Below the pieces are notes generated by a model. It saw only the letters and a list, made by a program, of their open reading frames with translations. It was not told the DNA's origin and did not search any database. Both the position numbers and the translations under genes were made by a program. From Candidatus Poribacteria bacterium (GTDB lineage: Bacteria > Poribacteria > WGA-4E > GCA-2687025): a stretch of DNA of 64,000 nt. Shown here piece after piece: positions 20,213 to 29,612 of this stretch. Numbering within the stretch: the stretch's first letter is position 1; each line of letters begins with the position of its first letter. The stretch lies in assembly GCA_963665845.2 (NCBI GenBank), contig OY762492.1, forward strand, positions 608,001-672,000, in the 5' to 3' direction.

Positions 20213-21448
20213 ATGGAGTTCATGCATACGAAACTGGACAACGGCCTCGTCGTCATCGGCGAGCGAAACGAAGCGGCGCAATCGATGGCGTGCGGCTATT
20301 TCGTCAAGACAGGCTCGCGCGACGAGACCCCCGAAGTGAGCGGCGTCAGCCACTTTCTTGAACATATGGCCTTGTGCAAAGGCAGCGATCAGCGCTCCGG
20401 GGATGACATCAACCGCGAATTTGACGAAATCGGCGCGTATCATAACGCTTTCACCTCAACCGAAGACACGGTCTATTATGCGCAGGTTCTGTCGGAATAC
20501 CAACCGCGCCTTATCCACCTGTTGACCGACATGATGCGGCCCGCCCTTCGGAACGACGATTATGAGATGGAAAAGAAGGTGATCCTGGAGGAGATCGCCA
20601 TGTACAAGGACGACCCTGAAGCCGTCGCATACTGGGCGGCGCGGGAGCTGTTTACGAACGGCCACCCGTCCGGCAACAGCATCCTCGGCACAACCGAGTC
20701 GATCTCCGCCCTGAAACGTGATCAGATGAAGCGGTATTTTGAGCGGCGTTATTCGCCGGGGAATCTCATCGCCGCCTTGACCGGCGCGTTCGATTGGGAC
20801 GCCGCCATTCGTCAGATTGAGGAGTTGACGCGCGATTGGGTCCCGTTCGATGTTGGACGCGAAACGCCGGAGCTTAAATGCGCTAATGAAACAATGGTTG
20901 TCCAAAACAATCAGTTCATGCGCGAGCATCTGGTCTGGATCTGGCAAGGTTTGAGCTTTCAGGATGAACGCCGGCGCGCGGCGGACCTCCTGACGGCTGT
21001 TATAGGCGACGACGTCGGCTCGCGCCTCTACTGGGGATTGGTCTCTCCTGGCGCCGCTAATTCTGCCATTATGTCGCATTGCGAGCAGGATCAGGTCGGA
21101 ATGTTCATCGCCGAAGTTTCCTGCGATCCAGAGCGCGCGGGCGAAGTTGTCCGAAAGGTTCAAAACATTCTGAAAGACGCGGTCGAGAACGGCGTCACTG
21201 AAGATGAAATCGAACGCGCAAAGCAGAAAGCCGCCTCGTTTATCGTTCTTGACTCCGAGACGCCGATGGACAGGCTGTTTTGGTTGGGCATGGCATGGGC
21301 TTACCTCGGCGAATATATCGATACGGACGAAGAGGTGAACCGCCGCCTGTCCGTAACAAAAGAGGATATTGACGCGCTCCTGGCAGACGATCCGTTTGCA
21401 AAGGGAACGCTGCTCGCCCTCGGACCGCTGGAAACGCTGGACATATAA
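20213..21448 (+). CDS. M16 zinc peptidase, catalytic subunit (copy 1)
   Basis: [23 protein letters not shown]. Confidence 0.92.
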   Translation: MEFMHTKLDNGLVVIGERNEAAQSMACGYFVKTGSRDETPEVSGVSHFLEHMALCKGSDQRSGDDINREFDEIGAYHNAFTSTEDTVYYAQVLSEYQPRLIHLLTDMMRPALRNDDYEMEKKVILEEIAMYKDDPEAVAYWAARELFTNGHPSGNSILGTTESISALKRDQMKRYFERRYSPGNLIAALTGAFDWDAAIRQIEELTRDWVPFDVGRETPELKCANETMVVQNNQFMREHLVWIWQGLSFQDERRRAADLLTAVIGDDVGSRLYWGLVSPGAANSAIMSHCEQDQVGMFIAEVSCDPERAGEVVRKVQNILKDAVENGVTEDEIERAKQKAASFIVLDSETPMDRLFWLGMAWAYLGEYIDTDEEVNRRLSVTKEDIDALLADDPFAKGTLLALGPLETLDI

Positions 21449-21471
21449 AACGCATCAAAGGAGAAAACGCG

Positions 21472-22701
21472 ATGGAGTTCATGCATACGACACTGGACAA
21501 CGGCCTCGTCGTCATCGGCGAACGGAACGAAGCGGCGCAATCGATGGCGTGCGGCTATTTCGTCAAGACAGGCTCGCGCGACGAAACGCCCGAAGTGAGC
21601 GGCGTCAGCCACTTTCTTGAACATATGATGTTCAAAGGCGGCGACCGCCGCTCCGCGGACGACATCAACCGCGAATTTGACGAACTCGGCGCGCAGTACA
21701 ACGCCTTCACCTCGTTTGAAAACACGGTCTATTTTGGACGGGTTCTGTCGGAATACCAGCCCCGCCTCATCGACCTGTTGACCGACATGATGCGCCCCGC
21801 CCTTCGAGACGACGATTTTGACATGGAAAAGAAGGTGATCTTGGAGGAGATCGCCATGTACAAGGACAACCCTGCGGCGGTTCTTTACTACATGGCGCGG
21901 GAAATCTTTGCGAACGGCCACCCGTCCGGCAACAGCATTCTCGGCACCACCGAGTCGATTGCCGCCCTGGAACGGGATCAGATGATGACCTATTTTGAGC
22001 GGCGGTATTCGCCGGGGAATCTCATCGCCGCGTTGACCGGCGCGTTTGACTGGGACGCCGCCGTTCGTCAGATTGAAGAGTCGACGCGCGACTGGATCCC
22101 GTTCGATGTCGGGCGGGAGGCGCCGGACCTGAATCACGCCGTCAAGACGCAGGTTGTGAAAAACGATCAGTTCACGCAACAGCATCTGATCTGGTTCTGG
22201 CCTGGTTTGAGCCTTCAGGATGAACGGCGGCGCGCTGCGGGCGTGTTGACGGCCGCTCTAGGGTCCAGCGTCGGTTCGCGGCTTTACTGGGGTTTAGTCG
22301 ATCCTGGCATCGCCCATTCAGCGAGCTTGTCCCTCTCTGCAGAGGATCGGTTCGGCGTCTACCTCGCATCCGCCTCATGCGATCCAAGCCGCGCGGGCGA
22401 GGTTGTGCAGAAGGTTCAGGAGATTCTGCGGGAAGCGACTCAGGACGGCGTTTCCGTTGAAGAGATCGAGCGCGCCAAACAAAAAATCGCTTCGGGAATG
22501 GTGTTGGGTTGGGAAACGCCGATGGGCAGGCTCGTGCCGGTCGGCATGGATTGGGCGTACCGCGGCGAATATATCGACGCGGACGAAGCGGTGAACAGAG
22601 TCCTGTCCGTAACAAAAGAGGATGTGGACGCGCTGCTGGCGGACGATCCGTTTGCGAATGGAACGCTGGTCGCTCTCGGTCCGCTGGAGACGCTGGATTG
22701 A
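21472..22701 (+). CDS. M16 zinc peptidase, catalytic subunit (copy 2)
   Basis: [13 protein letters not shown]; close paralog of copy 1. Confidence 0.92.
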   Translation: MEFMHTTLDNGLVVIGERNEAAQSMACGYFVKTGSRDETPEVSGVSHFLEHMMFKGGDRRSADDINREFDELGAQYNAFTSFENTVYFGRVLSEYQPRLIDLLTDMMRPALRDDDFDMEKKVILEEIAMYKDNPAAVLYYMAREIFANGHPSGNSILGTTESIAALERDQMMTYFERRYSPGNLIAALTGAFDWDAAVRQIEESTRDWIPFDVGREAPDLNHAVKTQVVKNDQFTQQHLIWFWPGLSLQDERRRAAGVLTAALGSSVGSRLYWGLVDPGIAHSASLSLSAEDRFGVYLASASCDPSRAGEVVQKVQEILREATQDGVSVEEIERAKQKIASGMVLGWETPMGRLVPVGMDWAYRGEYIDADEAVNRVLSVTKEDVDALLADDPFANGTLVALGPLETLD

Positions 22702-22869
22702 CTGACCTCATGCTGAAAGTTGGGACAGCTGAACGACCAAAGTCTTTATTCATGGGAAAGAGGCGTCGCCAACCAGGTCGTACTCCCGCGTAAGCGGGAA
22801 TCCAGAGGCGCCGCAGACGACATCTGCGTTCGCCCGCCGGCATGTCCCAACTTAAGACGTAAAGGTCAG
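22702..22869. mobile_element. 168-bp MITE, family A, with 8-bp target-site duplication
   Basis: Ends CTGACCT...AAGTTGGGACA / TGTCCCAACTT...AGGTCAG; flanked by TGGATTGA at 22694-22701 and 22870-22877. Confidence 0.85.
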
Positions 22870-22907
22870 TGGATTGAAAGGGGCATGAAAACGAAAGAGA
22901 CGCTTGC

Positions 22908-24500
22908 ATGAAACAGAACTTTCCCGACAATGCGCTCTACGAGATGGACAACCTTGAAGTCCTGCGCGGCATGAACAGCGAGACGGTCGACCTGATCGCG
23001 ACCGACCCGCCTTTCAACACAAAGCGCAACCGCGCAGGCTCGGCGGGCTTCTACGTCGACAACTGGAAATGGGGCGACACCGGCATTCTGCCCGACCAGT
23101 GGAAATGGAACGAAGTGCATCCGAAATGGCTTGAGGAAATCAAAGACGATCATCCTGCGCTTTTCAAAGCGATCGACGCCGCAAAGGACTGCCAGGGCGA
23201 CGATACTGCCGCCTTCCTCTGCTTTTTGAGCGTCCGGTTGCTGGAAATGCATCGCGTCCTGAAGCCGACCGGCTCCATCTACCTGCACTGCGACGCAACC
23301 GCAAGCCATTACATTAAAATGTGCATGGACGCCATTTGGGGCAAGGAAAACTTTCGGAATGAAATTCTGTGGAAAAGAACCGCGCGGGGGTTCAAGGGAT
23401 CGCAGTACGGTCCGCGCAAATACAATACGAATACCGACAACGTTTTATTTTATTCACAAACAAAAAACGCTTTTTTTAATATGGAACCTGTGCTTGAGCC
23501 GTACGATTCGAAATATCTTGAAAAGACGTTCAGGCTGACCGACAGCAAAGGACCGTATTATCTTGATGTTGCATACAACCGATTAGGCGCGAGTCCAAGA
23601 CCAAATTTATGCTACGCTTACAAGGGATTTTTTCCGCCGCATCCATCAGGCTGGAAGGTCGGTCTTCCGCGCATGAAGGAGTTGGATGCGCAAGGCGAGT
23701 TGGTTGTTCAAAAGAACAGGCTATATCGAAAAATACGGCCTAAAGCAGGGCGTATACGAAACAACCTATGGGTAGACATAGACGCTCCAAAAGGCGACGA
23801 GCGCACAGGTTCGCCCGATCAAAAACCGATCGCTCTTTATGAGCGCATCATCAAGGCGTCATCTAACGAAGGCGATCTAGTTCTGGATCCGTTCTGCGGC
23901 TGCGCGACGACCATCATCGCGGCGAACAATCTGAACAGGCGATGGGTTGGAATCGACAGGCGAGTCGATGCGCGGTTCCATATCCTGACAAGGCTGATGG
24001 GCATTCCCAAAAAGGAACGCGATCGGCTCAAAAAATTTGCGACGGACGGCTCATGGCTCCAAAAGCAGATGGACGATTTCGACGTCTACTACCGCGCCGA
24101 AGCTCCAGAACGCACGGACGACAGCGAAACGAAAGCGCCGAAACTGAAAGGCGTTTATGTCACCGAAAATCCGCACACGCATAAGGAAATGAAGGAGGCG
24201 CTGGTCAGCGAGTTCGGCTGCCGCTGCTGGGGATGCAATTACGAGCCGCCTGACGAACGTTACCTGCATATTGACCACATCATCCCGAAAAGCGGCGGCG
24301 GAACGAATCACATCTCAAACCGCGCCATGCTTTGCCAGCCCTGTAACTCCAAGAAGGGAAACCGCCTGACGCTGATAGAGCTCCGCAAGCGCAACGACAA
24401 GGACGGGCATACGCGAGAAGGCGATCCTGTCGACCTGAAATACGCGCTCTCCTGGTCGCTTGATGAGCTGCTGCGTAAATTGCGGGGGCAATCTGCATGA
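22908..24500 (+). CDS. N4/N6 DNA methyltransferase fused to a C-terminal HNH endonuclease
   Basis: DLIATDPPFN, QKPIAL, LDPFCGCATT; then CWGC...HIDHIIPKSGGGTN...LCQPCNSKK. Confidence 0.9.
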   Translation: MKQNFPDNALYEMDNLEVLRGMNSETVDLIATDPPFNTKRNRAGSAGFYVDNWKWGDTGILPDQWKWNEVHPKWLEEIKDDHPALFKAIDAAKDCQGDDTAAFLCFLSVRLLEMHRVLKPTGSIYLHCDATASHYIKMCMDAIWGKENFRNEILWKRTARGFKGSQYGPRKYNTNTDNVLFYSQTKNAFFNMEPVLEPYDSKYLEKTFRLTDSKGPYYLDVAYNRLGASPRPNLCYAYKGFFPPHPSGWKVGLPRMKELDAQGELVVQKNRLYRKIRPKAGRIRNNLWVDIDAPKGDERTGSPDQKPIALYERIIKASSNEGDLVLDPFCGCATTIIAANNLNRRWVGIDRRVDARFHILTRLMGIPKKERDRLKKFATDGSWLQKQMDDFDVYYRAEAPERTDDSETKAPKLKGVYVTENPHTHKEMKEALVSEFGCRCWGCNYEPPDERYLHIDHIIPKSGGGTNHISNRAMLCQPCNSKKGNRLTLIELRKRNDKDGHTREGDPVDLKYALSWSLDELLRKLRGQSA

Positions 24501-24598
24501 AACACGAAAAAGAGGTTTACGTTTACGCCGAAACGGACCATTACGTAAGCGAAGGTTGGACGATTTTCAGTCAGGTTCAAACAGAAAGGCAACGCACA

Positions 24599-25669
24599 AT
24601 GAAAATCCAACGCAAATCTCTCATCGCTCTCTTCGCGGCAACGATCAGCGCATTCGGGCTCGTGGCGCCGCCGTCCGCCGCATGCGACAACCCATACGAT
24701 GTCCAGGTGGTCTATATCGTCCCGCATGGGGAGACTGCCGACGCAGCAGGCGTCCTGGCGGATGTCCTTACGGCGCAAACGCTGATGCGAAAGGAGATGG
24801 CGCGCCACGGTTTCGGCGACGACCGAACCTTCAAAATCGCGGAATTTACCACTTTCAAAGGCGACGCCACATCAAAATGGACAACCGAGGCGTTTGAAAC
24901 GGCATCGGTCAATGACCTCTGGGAAGACTGGCTCAAATACAACCTTCCGCCATACCGATCTGGCGTCGAACGGCTGCACCGCGTCTATCTCTTCATTGTA
25001 GAGGGCGCGACCAAGATAACGCCCGTCGCATGCGGATTGGCAAGCATGTTCGTCGGCGACGGATGGGCCGCCTCCCCGTTTATTGGCGGATGGGCGTTCG
25101 TCGGCGCCGACACTCCCTGCGACGACCGAAGCGCGCTTCTCGCCCATGAAATCGGACATACCTTCGGGCTGAAACACAACCTAGATCCCGCAACGACCAT
25201 GCACAAAGGTAGCGAGCATGTCGTCCAACGCCAATTCAGCGAAGCGGAATGCGAATGGCTTGACGGATCGCGCTACTTTGACGATGACCACAGCGACGCC
25301 AACGACCTGCCCGGTATACAGCTGCTCTCCGCGCAAGCGGCACAGCTGGCAGGCGAGCCGTCCGTCGAGATCGCCTTCCGTGTGACCTCCCATGTCGGCG
25401 TCCGCATGTTCCAGCTGTATCGACAATCCGATGGCGCGGCGGTCGCAATGGAAACTATGAACACATGGCAAACAACCATCCAGGTCAACATCCAAAGAAC
25501 CCTGCTCGCCGGCGAAACAGGACTCGGCGCCATGGTCATGGACGCAAAAGGAGCTGTCGGAAGAGACAGCTACCTGTTCGGCATTCCGCCGATACGGCCG
25601 CCCGCGCAGAACAACGCCATCGCCCGCGTTGGAACAGAAGCGGTCATGTGGGCTAACCTGAAACGATAG
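24599..25669 (+). CDS. Secreted metzincin-type zinc metalloprotease
   Basis: Signal peptide MKIQRKSLIALFAATISAFGLV..AA; HEIGHTFGLKH followed by a Met-turn (TTMH). Confidence 0.8.
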   Translation: MKIQRKSLIALFAATISAFGLVAPPSAACDNPYDVQVVYIVPHGETADAAGVLADVLTAQTLMRKEMARHGFGDDRTFKIAEFTTFKGDATSKWTTEAFETASVNDLWEDWLKYNLPPYRSGVERLHRVYLFIVEGATKITPVACGLASMFVGDGWAASPFIGGWAFVGADTPCDDRSALLAHEIGHTFGLKHNLDPATTMHKGSEHVVQRQFSEAECEWLDGSRYFDDDHSDANDLPGIQLLSAQAAQLAGEPSVEIAFRVTSHVGVRMFQLYRQSDGAAVAMETMNTWQTTIQVNIQRTLLAGETGLGAMVMDAKGAVGRDSYLFGIPPIRPPAQNNAIARVGTEAVMWANLKR

Positions 25670-25707
25670 GATGACACGCATCAACACGCATCAAAGGAGA
25701 AAACGCA

Positions 25708-25962
25708 ATGGAGTTCATGCATACGAAACTGGACAACGGCCTCGTCATCGTCGGTGAACGGAACGAGGCGGCGCAATCGATGGCGTGCGGCTATTTCGTC
25801 AAGACAGGCTCGCGCGACGAAACGCCCGAAGTGAGCGGCGTCAGCCATTTTCTTGAACATATGATGTTCAAAGGCAGCGACCGCCGCTCCGCGGACGACA
25901 TCAAACGCAACCTTGACGAACTCGGCGCGCAGTACAACGCCTTCACGTCGTTTGAAACCTAA
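25708..25962 (+). pseudogene. Truncated 5' copy of the M16 catalytic gene
   Basis: 84 aa nearly identical to the N-termini at 20213 and 21472, with the upstream acgcatcaaaggagaaaacgc of copy 2; stops after NAFTSFET. Confidence 0.85.
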
Positions 25963-25995
25963 ACGCAAATCGGGCGGCAGCTGAAGGAGCCGAAG

Positions 25996-28143
25996 ATGCG
26001 GGAACTCAAAATACTCAAAGGCGCGAACAGTTACGCCGAGAACATTCAAGGCAAAGCGAACGAGCCGATCACCGTCGCGGGGCTGCTGGACAGGGCGCGG
26101 TATGCGCTGAAGTTCAACGACATCGACTACCCGCTGGAGGCGATTTACGACCGCCTAGAAGAGAACGCGCCGCGCATCGGAATCATCGGCGGCTCGCTTG
26201 ATCATCCAGCGCATGTGGTTGACTGGGAAACCGTCTTAAAAGCGGCGTATGCAATCTGGAAAAAGGGCGGCGTTCCGTTCTACTTCTCCATCCCTGTCGT
26301 CTGCGACGGAACCGCCCAGAGCAACATGGGCATGTGCTATTCGCTGCAGTCGCGCAACGCGGTCGCCGCCATGATCGTGAACCAGATGGAGGGTCAGTCG
26401 TACCATGGCGCGTTTGTGATTCAGGGCTGCGACAAAACGCCGATGGGCATTTTGAGCGGTTTGGCGGCGTTGGACATGGCGCGTCAGCGGCGGGGCGACG
26501 CCCCCGTGTTCGCCACATTCGCGCCCGCGCATGTACTGAAAGGGGGCGAAATACCGCAGAGCCTCCGCGCCGAGCTAGAGGATGCCGCCGTCCGCGCCGA
26601 GAAGATGGGCAAGCCGCATTTTGCCGAAGACATCCGCGGAACCGCCGCCTTTATTCTCCAGTGCGCGTCTGATCAGGCGTTCAAAGGCATCTTCGACCGA
26701 ATGACGCAGGAGGGCGTCATCACAGAGCTGGAGAAGAAACATTTTTTGAAGTACCTCGCCGTCAACACCTGCGACGGAAAAGGCGGCATCTGCGCATTCA
26801 ACGGCACCGGCAATTCGTCCCGCCATACGATGAGCGCGTTTGGGATGGTTCACCCGTCCCTTGAGCTGCTCACCGAGCCGCCGACGCAGGCGCAGATCGA
26901 CGACGCGGTGAACGCGCTGCTCAGCTACTGCAACGACCCCGATTACAGCGTCGCCGGCGTTATGAAGGCGAACATTGAAAACTGCGTCCGCGTCTTTTCA
27001 GCGACCGGCGGCTCCACGAATCTGGTCATGCATCTGATTGCGGCGATGAGATACGCGGGCGTGCGGTTCAGCCTGTCCGATCTGGAAACGATCATTGACG
27101 CGCATCCGATACCCGACCTGTTCGACTACTCGTTGACGGAGGGGCGGGACATCTTTGCGCTCGCCCAGCAATGCTGCGACGGACAGATACGGGGCATGGA
27201 GACGGTTTTATACGAGCTTCAACAAAACGGCGTTCCCGTTCATTTGGACGCGCCGACAGCGGCGGGAACGACATGGCGCGAGCGGTTGTCGGACGCGCGG
27301 AATTTGGCGGCGTCCGGCGTGACGGAGAACCCGATCATACTCTCCCAGCCGCGCCGATCATACAGCGGCATCGATGTCTTGAGAGGCAACTTTTTTGAGA
27401 CGGCGGTCGTCAAGATCAGCGGCATGAAGGCGGAGCAGATCGAAGCGTTCGACGAAAAGGCGCATTTCGGGCTGTATTTTGAAAACGAGGAAGAGGCAAC
27501 CGACGCCCTGCTGAACCCGCGCATTTTAAGCGATCTGCGCGACCGGCGGGCGTTTTCGCATGAGAATCTGAAGGCGCAGGCATGTTTCAACGCGCCTGGA
27601 TTTCAGGTTGAGGGGCTGCCGTATGAAGCGCTGTTTGACGCGATGGTTCAAGAGCGGGTCTTGAAAATGATCATCTTCATCAGCGGACAGGGTCCCGCCG
27701 CGTTCGGCATGCCTGAGCAGTTTTCGCCGACCCAGTACATCAACCACAACGCCGACCTGAACCCGCTTGCAGTATTGATGAGCGACGGGCGTTATTCGGG
27801 AGTCTCCTACGGCGCGGCAATTGGACATGCCACACCCGAAGCGGCGCATGGCGGCGGCATGCTGTATCTGCGGACAGGCGATCTGTTCCTGCTTCAGTTA
27901 AAGAAGCGGCGCGTGACGCTGATCGACCCGTCGGCGCTGCGGGGCGGTTCCGCCGTTCCGCTGGACGAAACGCTCTCGGAGACGCGAAAAGACCTCGGCG
28001 AAGAGCGGCTGCGGCGCATCTTGGAGCGGCGGCGGCGCATCTCGCCGACCAACCTGCTCACAGGCGCGGCGGACGCTTCGCTGGGCGTCGCCCCTGCCGC
28101 GGTGGTTGAATCGGCGGACGAGACCTTCGACTTCAAAGGATAA
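25996..28143 (+). CDS. IlvD/Edd-family dehydratase
   Basis: VVCDG, GCDKT, ICAFNGTGNS, GGSTN, GP..GMPE, SDGRYSG, IGHATPEA. Confidence 0.85.
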   Translation: MRELKILKGANSYAENIQGKANEPITVAGLLDRARYALKFNDIDYPLEAIYDRLEENAPRIGIIGGSLDHPAHVVDWETVLKAAYAIWKKGGVPFYFSIPVVCDGTAQSNMGMCYSLQSRNAVAAMIVNQMEGQSYHGAFVIQGCDKTPMGILSGLAALDMARQRRGDAPVFATFAPAHVLKGGEIPQSLRAELEDAAVRAEKMGKPHFAEDIRGTAAFILQCASDQAFKGIFDRMTQEGVITELEKKHFLKYLAVNTCDGKGGICAFNGTGNSSRHTMSAFGMVHPSLELLTEPPTQAQIDDAVNALLSYCNDPDYSVAGVMKANIENCVRVFSATGGSTNLVMHLIAAMRYAGVRFSLSDLETIIDAHPIPDLFDYSLTEGRDIFALAQQCCDGQIRGMETVLYELQQNGVPVHLDAPTAAGTTWRERLSDARNLAASGVTENPIILSQPRRSYSGIDVLRGNFFETAVVKISGMKAEQIEAFDEKAHFGLYFENEEEATDALLNPRILSDLRDRRAFSHENLKAQACFNAPGFQVEGLPYEALFDAMVQERVLKMIIFISGQGPAAFGMPEQFSPTQYINHNADLNPLAVLMSDGRYSGVSYGAAIGHATPEAAHGGGMLYLRTGDLFLLQLKKRRVTLIDPSALRGGSAVPLDETLSETRKDLGEERLRRILERRRRISPTNLLTGAADASLGVAPAAVVESADETFDFKG

Positions 28144-28155
28144 GGGGCGGGAGAA

Positions 28156-29436
28156 ATGGATTCGGCGGAACCGCTGTTTGCCGGCATTGACATAGGCGAG
28201 TCGCGCGCCTCAACAGGTTTTTATACCGCCGACGGCCGCTGCGCCGCCTATGAAATCGCCCGCTTTACGAGTCGCGCCCCGCGCCCCGGTTGGGCGGTCT
28301 ACAACCCAGAGAAATGGAGCGGCGCGGTCCTGAAAAGCTGGCGACGCGCGCAAGAAAAGGGGCTGGACATCTCCCAAGTTGCCGCGGTCGGTTTGACGGG
28401 GCGGCGCCATCTCGTTTTTTTAAATGAACGCGCCGAACCCGCGCTCCCGGCAATCGGCGAACAGGACCGCCGCGCGAACGCATACCCCGGCAAAATACGC
28501 TGGGCGATGAAGCGGGCGGCGGGCAAGAAACGCATCCAGTGGGTCTGCTTTGCAAAAGACTACATCGGAATGAAGCTGTGCGGCGAGGTCTGCTCCGATC
28601 CGCTTTCGTTCGCCGGGCTTGTACATCGGCGGACAGGCAGAGCGCGCCCTCGCCGCTTGTCGTCGGTCGGTTTGCGCCCATCCCAGCTGCCGCGCATGAC
28701 GGTCTCCTTCCGCAACTCCGGCTATGCGGCGAAAGAGGCGCGCGAGGCGTTCGGCGTGGAGATCGGGATACCGGTCATCGTTGGACGCAGCGACCCGCTT
28801 GGGCGGGCGTTGGGCGTCGGCGCGGCGTCGACAGGCTCCGCGTTTGCCTGTTTGGACGCGCCGCCGGCGGTCGGCCTCGCCGGCGAAAACGGGCGCGTCT
28901 TTCATCGACAACTCCCCCTGCGCGAACGGCGCGCCCAATTAGAGCGTCAGATGGGTTTCAAGATGTCAACGCCCGCCGTTCAGTCCGCGCAGGCGCCGCC
29001 CATCCTTCCGTTGAGCGGGGAGAGCTGGGAAAGCGCATGGATCGCCGCGGCGCATGACATGGACGCAGACGCCCTCCGGACAGCGTTCTGGGAGGCGGCG
29101 GCGTATGAGACGGCGGCGCGCATCGAGTCGCTCGCGTTGAAAGCTGGCGCTCAACCATCCTCTCTCGCGGTCAGCGCCGTCAACCGAAAGGGCGTCTACG
29201 CCCATTATGCAGCCTACGCGCTGGGCGTCCAAACGCTGCGCGTCTCTGAACATCGCCAAACAGCCGCCTTAGGCGCGGCAATGCTCGCCGCCGTCGGACA
29301 TGGAACCCATGAAACGCCCGAAGACGCCGCCCGCGCCATGTCCGCCCATCATGCTCCCGCCTTATCCTCAGAGCATTCCCGCGAAATCAAAGCCCGCTTC
29401 GCCCTTTACAAACAGGCGGCGAGCGAGAGAAGTTAG
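28156..29436 (+). CDS. FGGY-family carbohydrate kinase, divergent
   Basis: GIDIG, PRPGW, AVGLTG, KDYI..KLCGE..SD, AALGAAMLAAVG. Confidence 0.7.
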   Translation: MDSAEPLFAGIDIGESRASTGFYTADGRCAAYEIARFTSRAPRPGWAVYNPEKWSGAVLKSWRRAQEKGLDISQVAAVGLTGRRHLVFLNERAEPALPAIGEQDRRANAYPGKIRWAMKRAAGKKRIQWVCFAKDYIGMKLCGEVCSDPLSFAGLVHRRTGRARPRRLSSVGLRPSQLPRMTVSFRNSGYAAKEAREAFGVEIGIPVIVGRSDPLGRALGVGAASTGSAFACLDAPPAVGLAGENGRVFHRQLPLRERRAQLERQMGFKMSTPAVQSAQAPPILPLSGESWESAWIAAAHDMDADALRTAFWEAAAYETAARIESLALKAGAQPSSLAVSAVNRKGVYAHYAAYALGVQTLRVSEHRQTAALGAAMLAAVGHGTHETPEDAARAMSAHHAPALSSEHSREIKARFALYKQAASERS

Positions 29437-29555
29437 ACGACAACCAGTTCGTCATTCCCGCGTAAGCGGGAATCCAGAGGCGCCGCCCGCCCTTTAAAAC
29501 CCCCCTAGCCCCCTTTTCAAGGGGGGAATCGGACAGCGCCGCGAATATCCCCCTT
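29437..29555 (+). repeat. Mosaic repeat (core plus CCCCCC/GGGGGG arm)
   Basis: caaccagttcgtcattcccgcgtaagcgggaatcc...ccccctagcccccttttcaaggggggaatc. Confidence 0.8.
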
Positions 29556-29612
29556 GACTTCTCGCCCCATTGTCCATATGCTCATGAACCCATATCAACT
29601 AGAGGACGGCAC

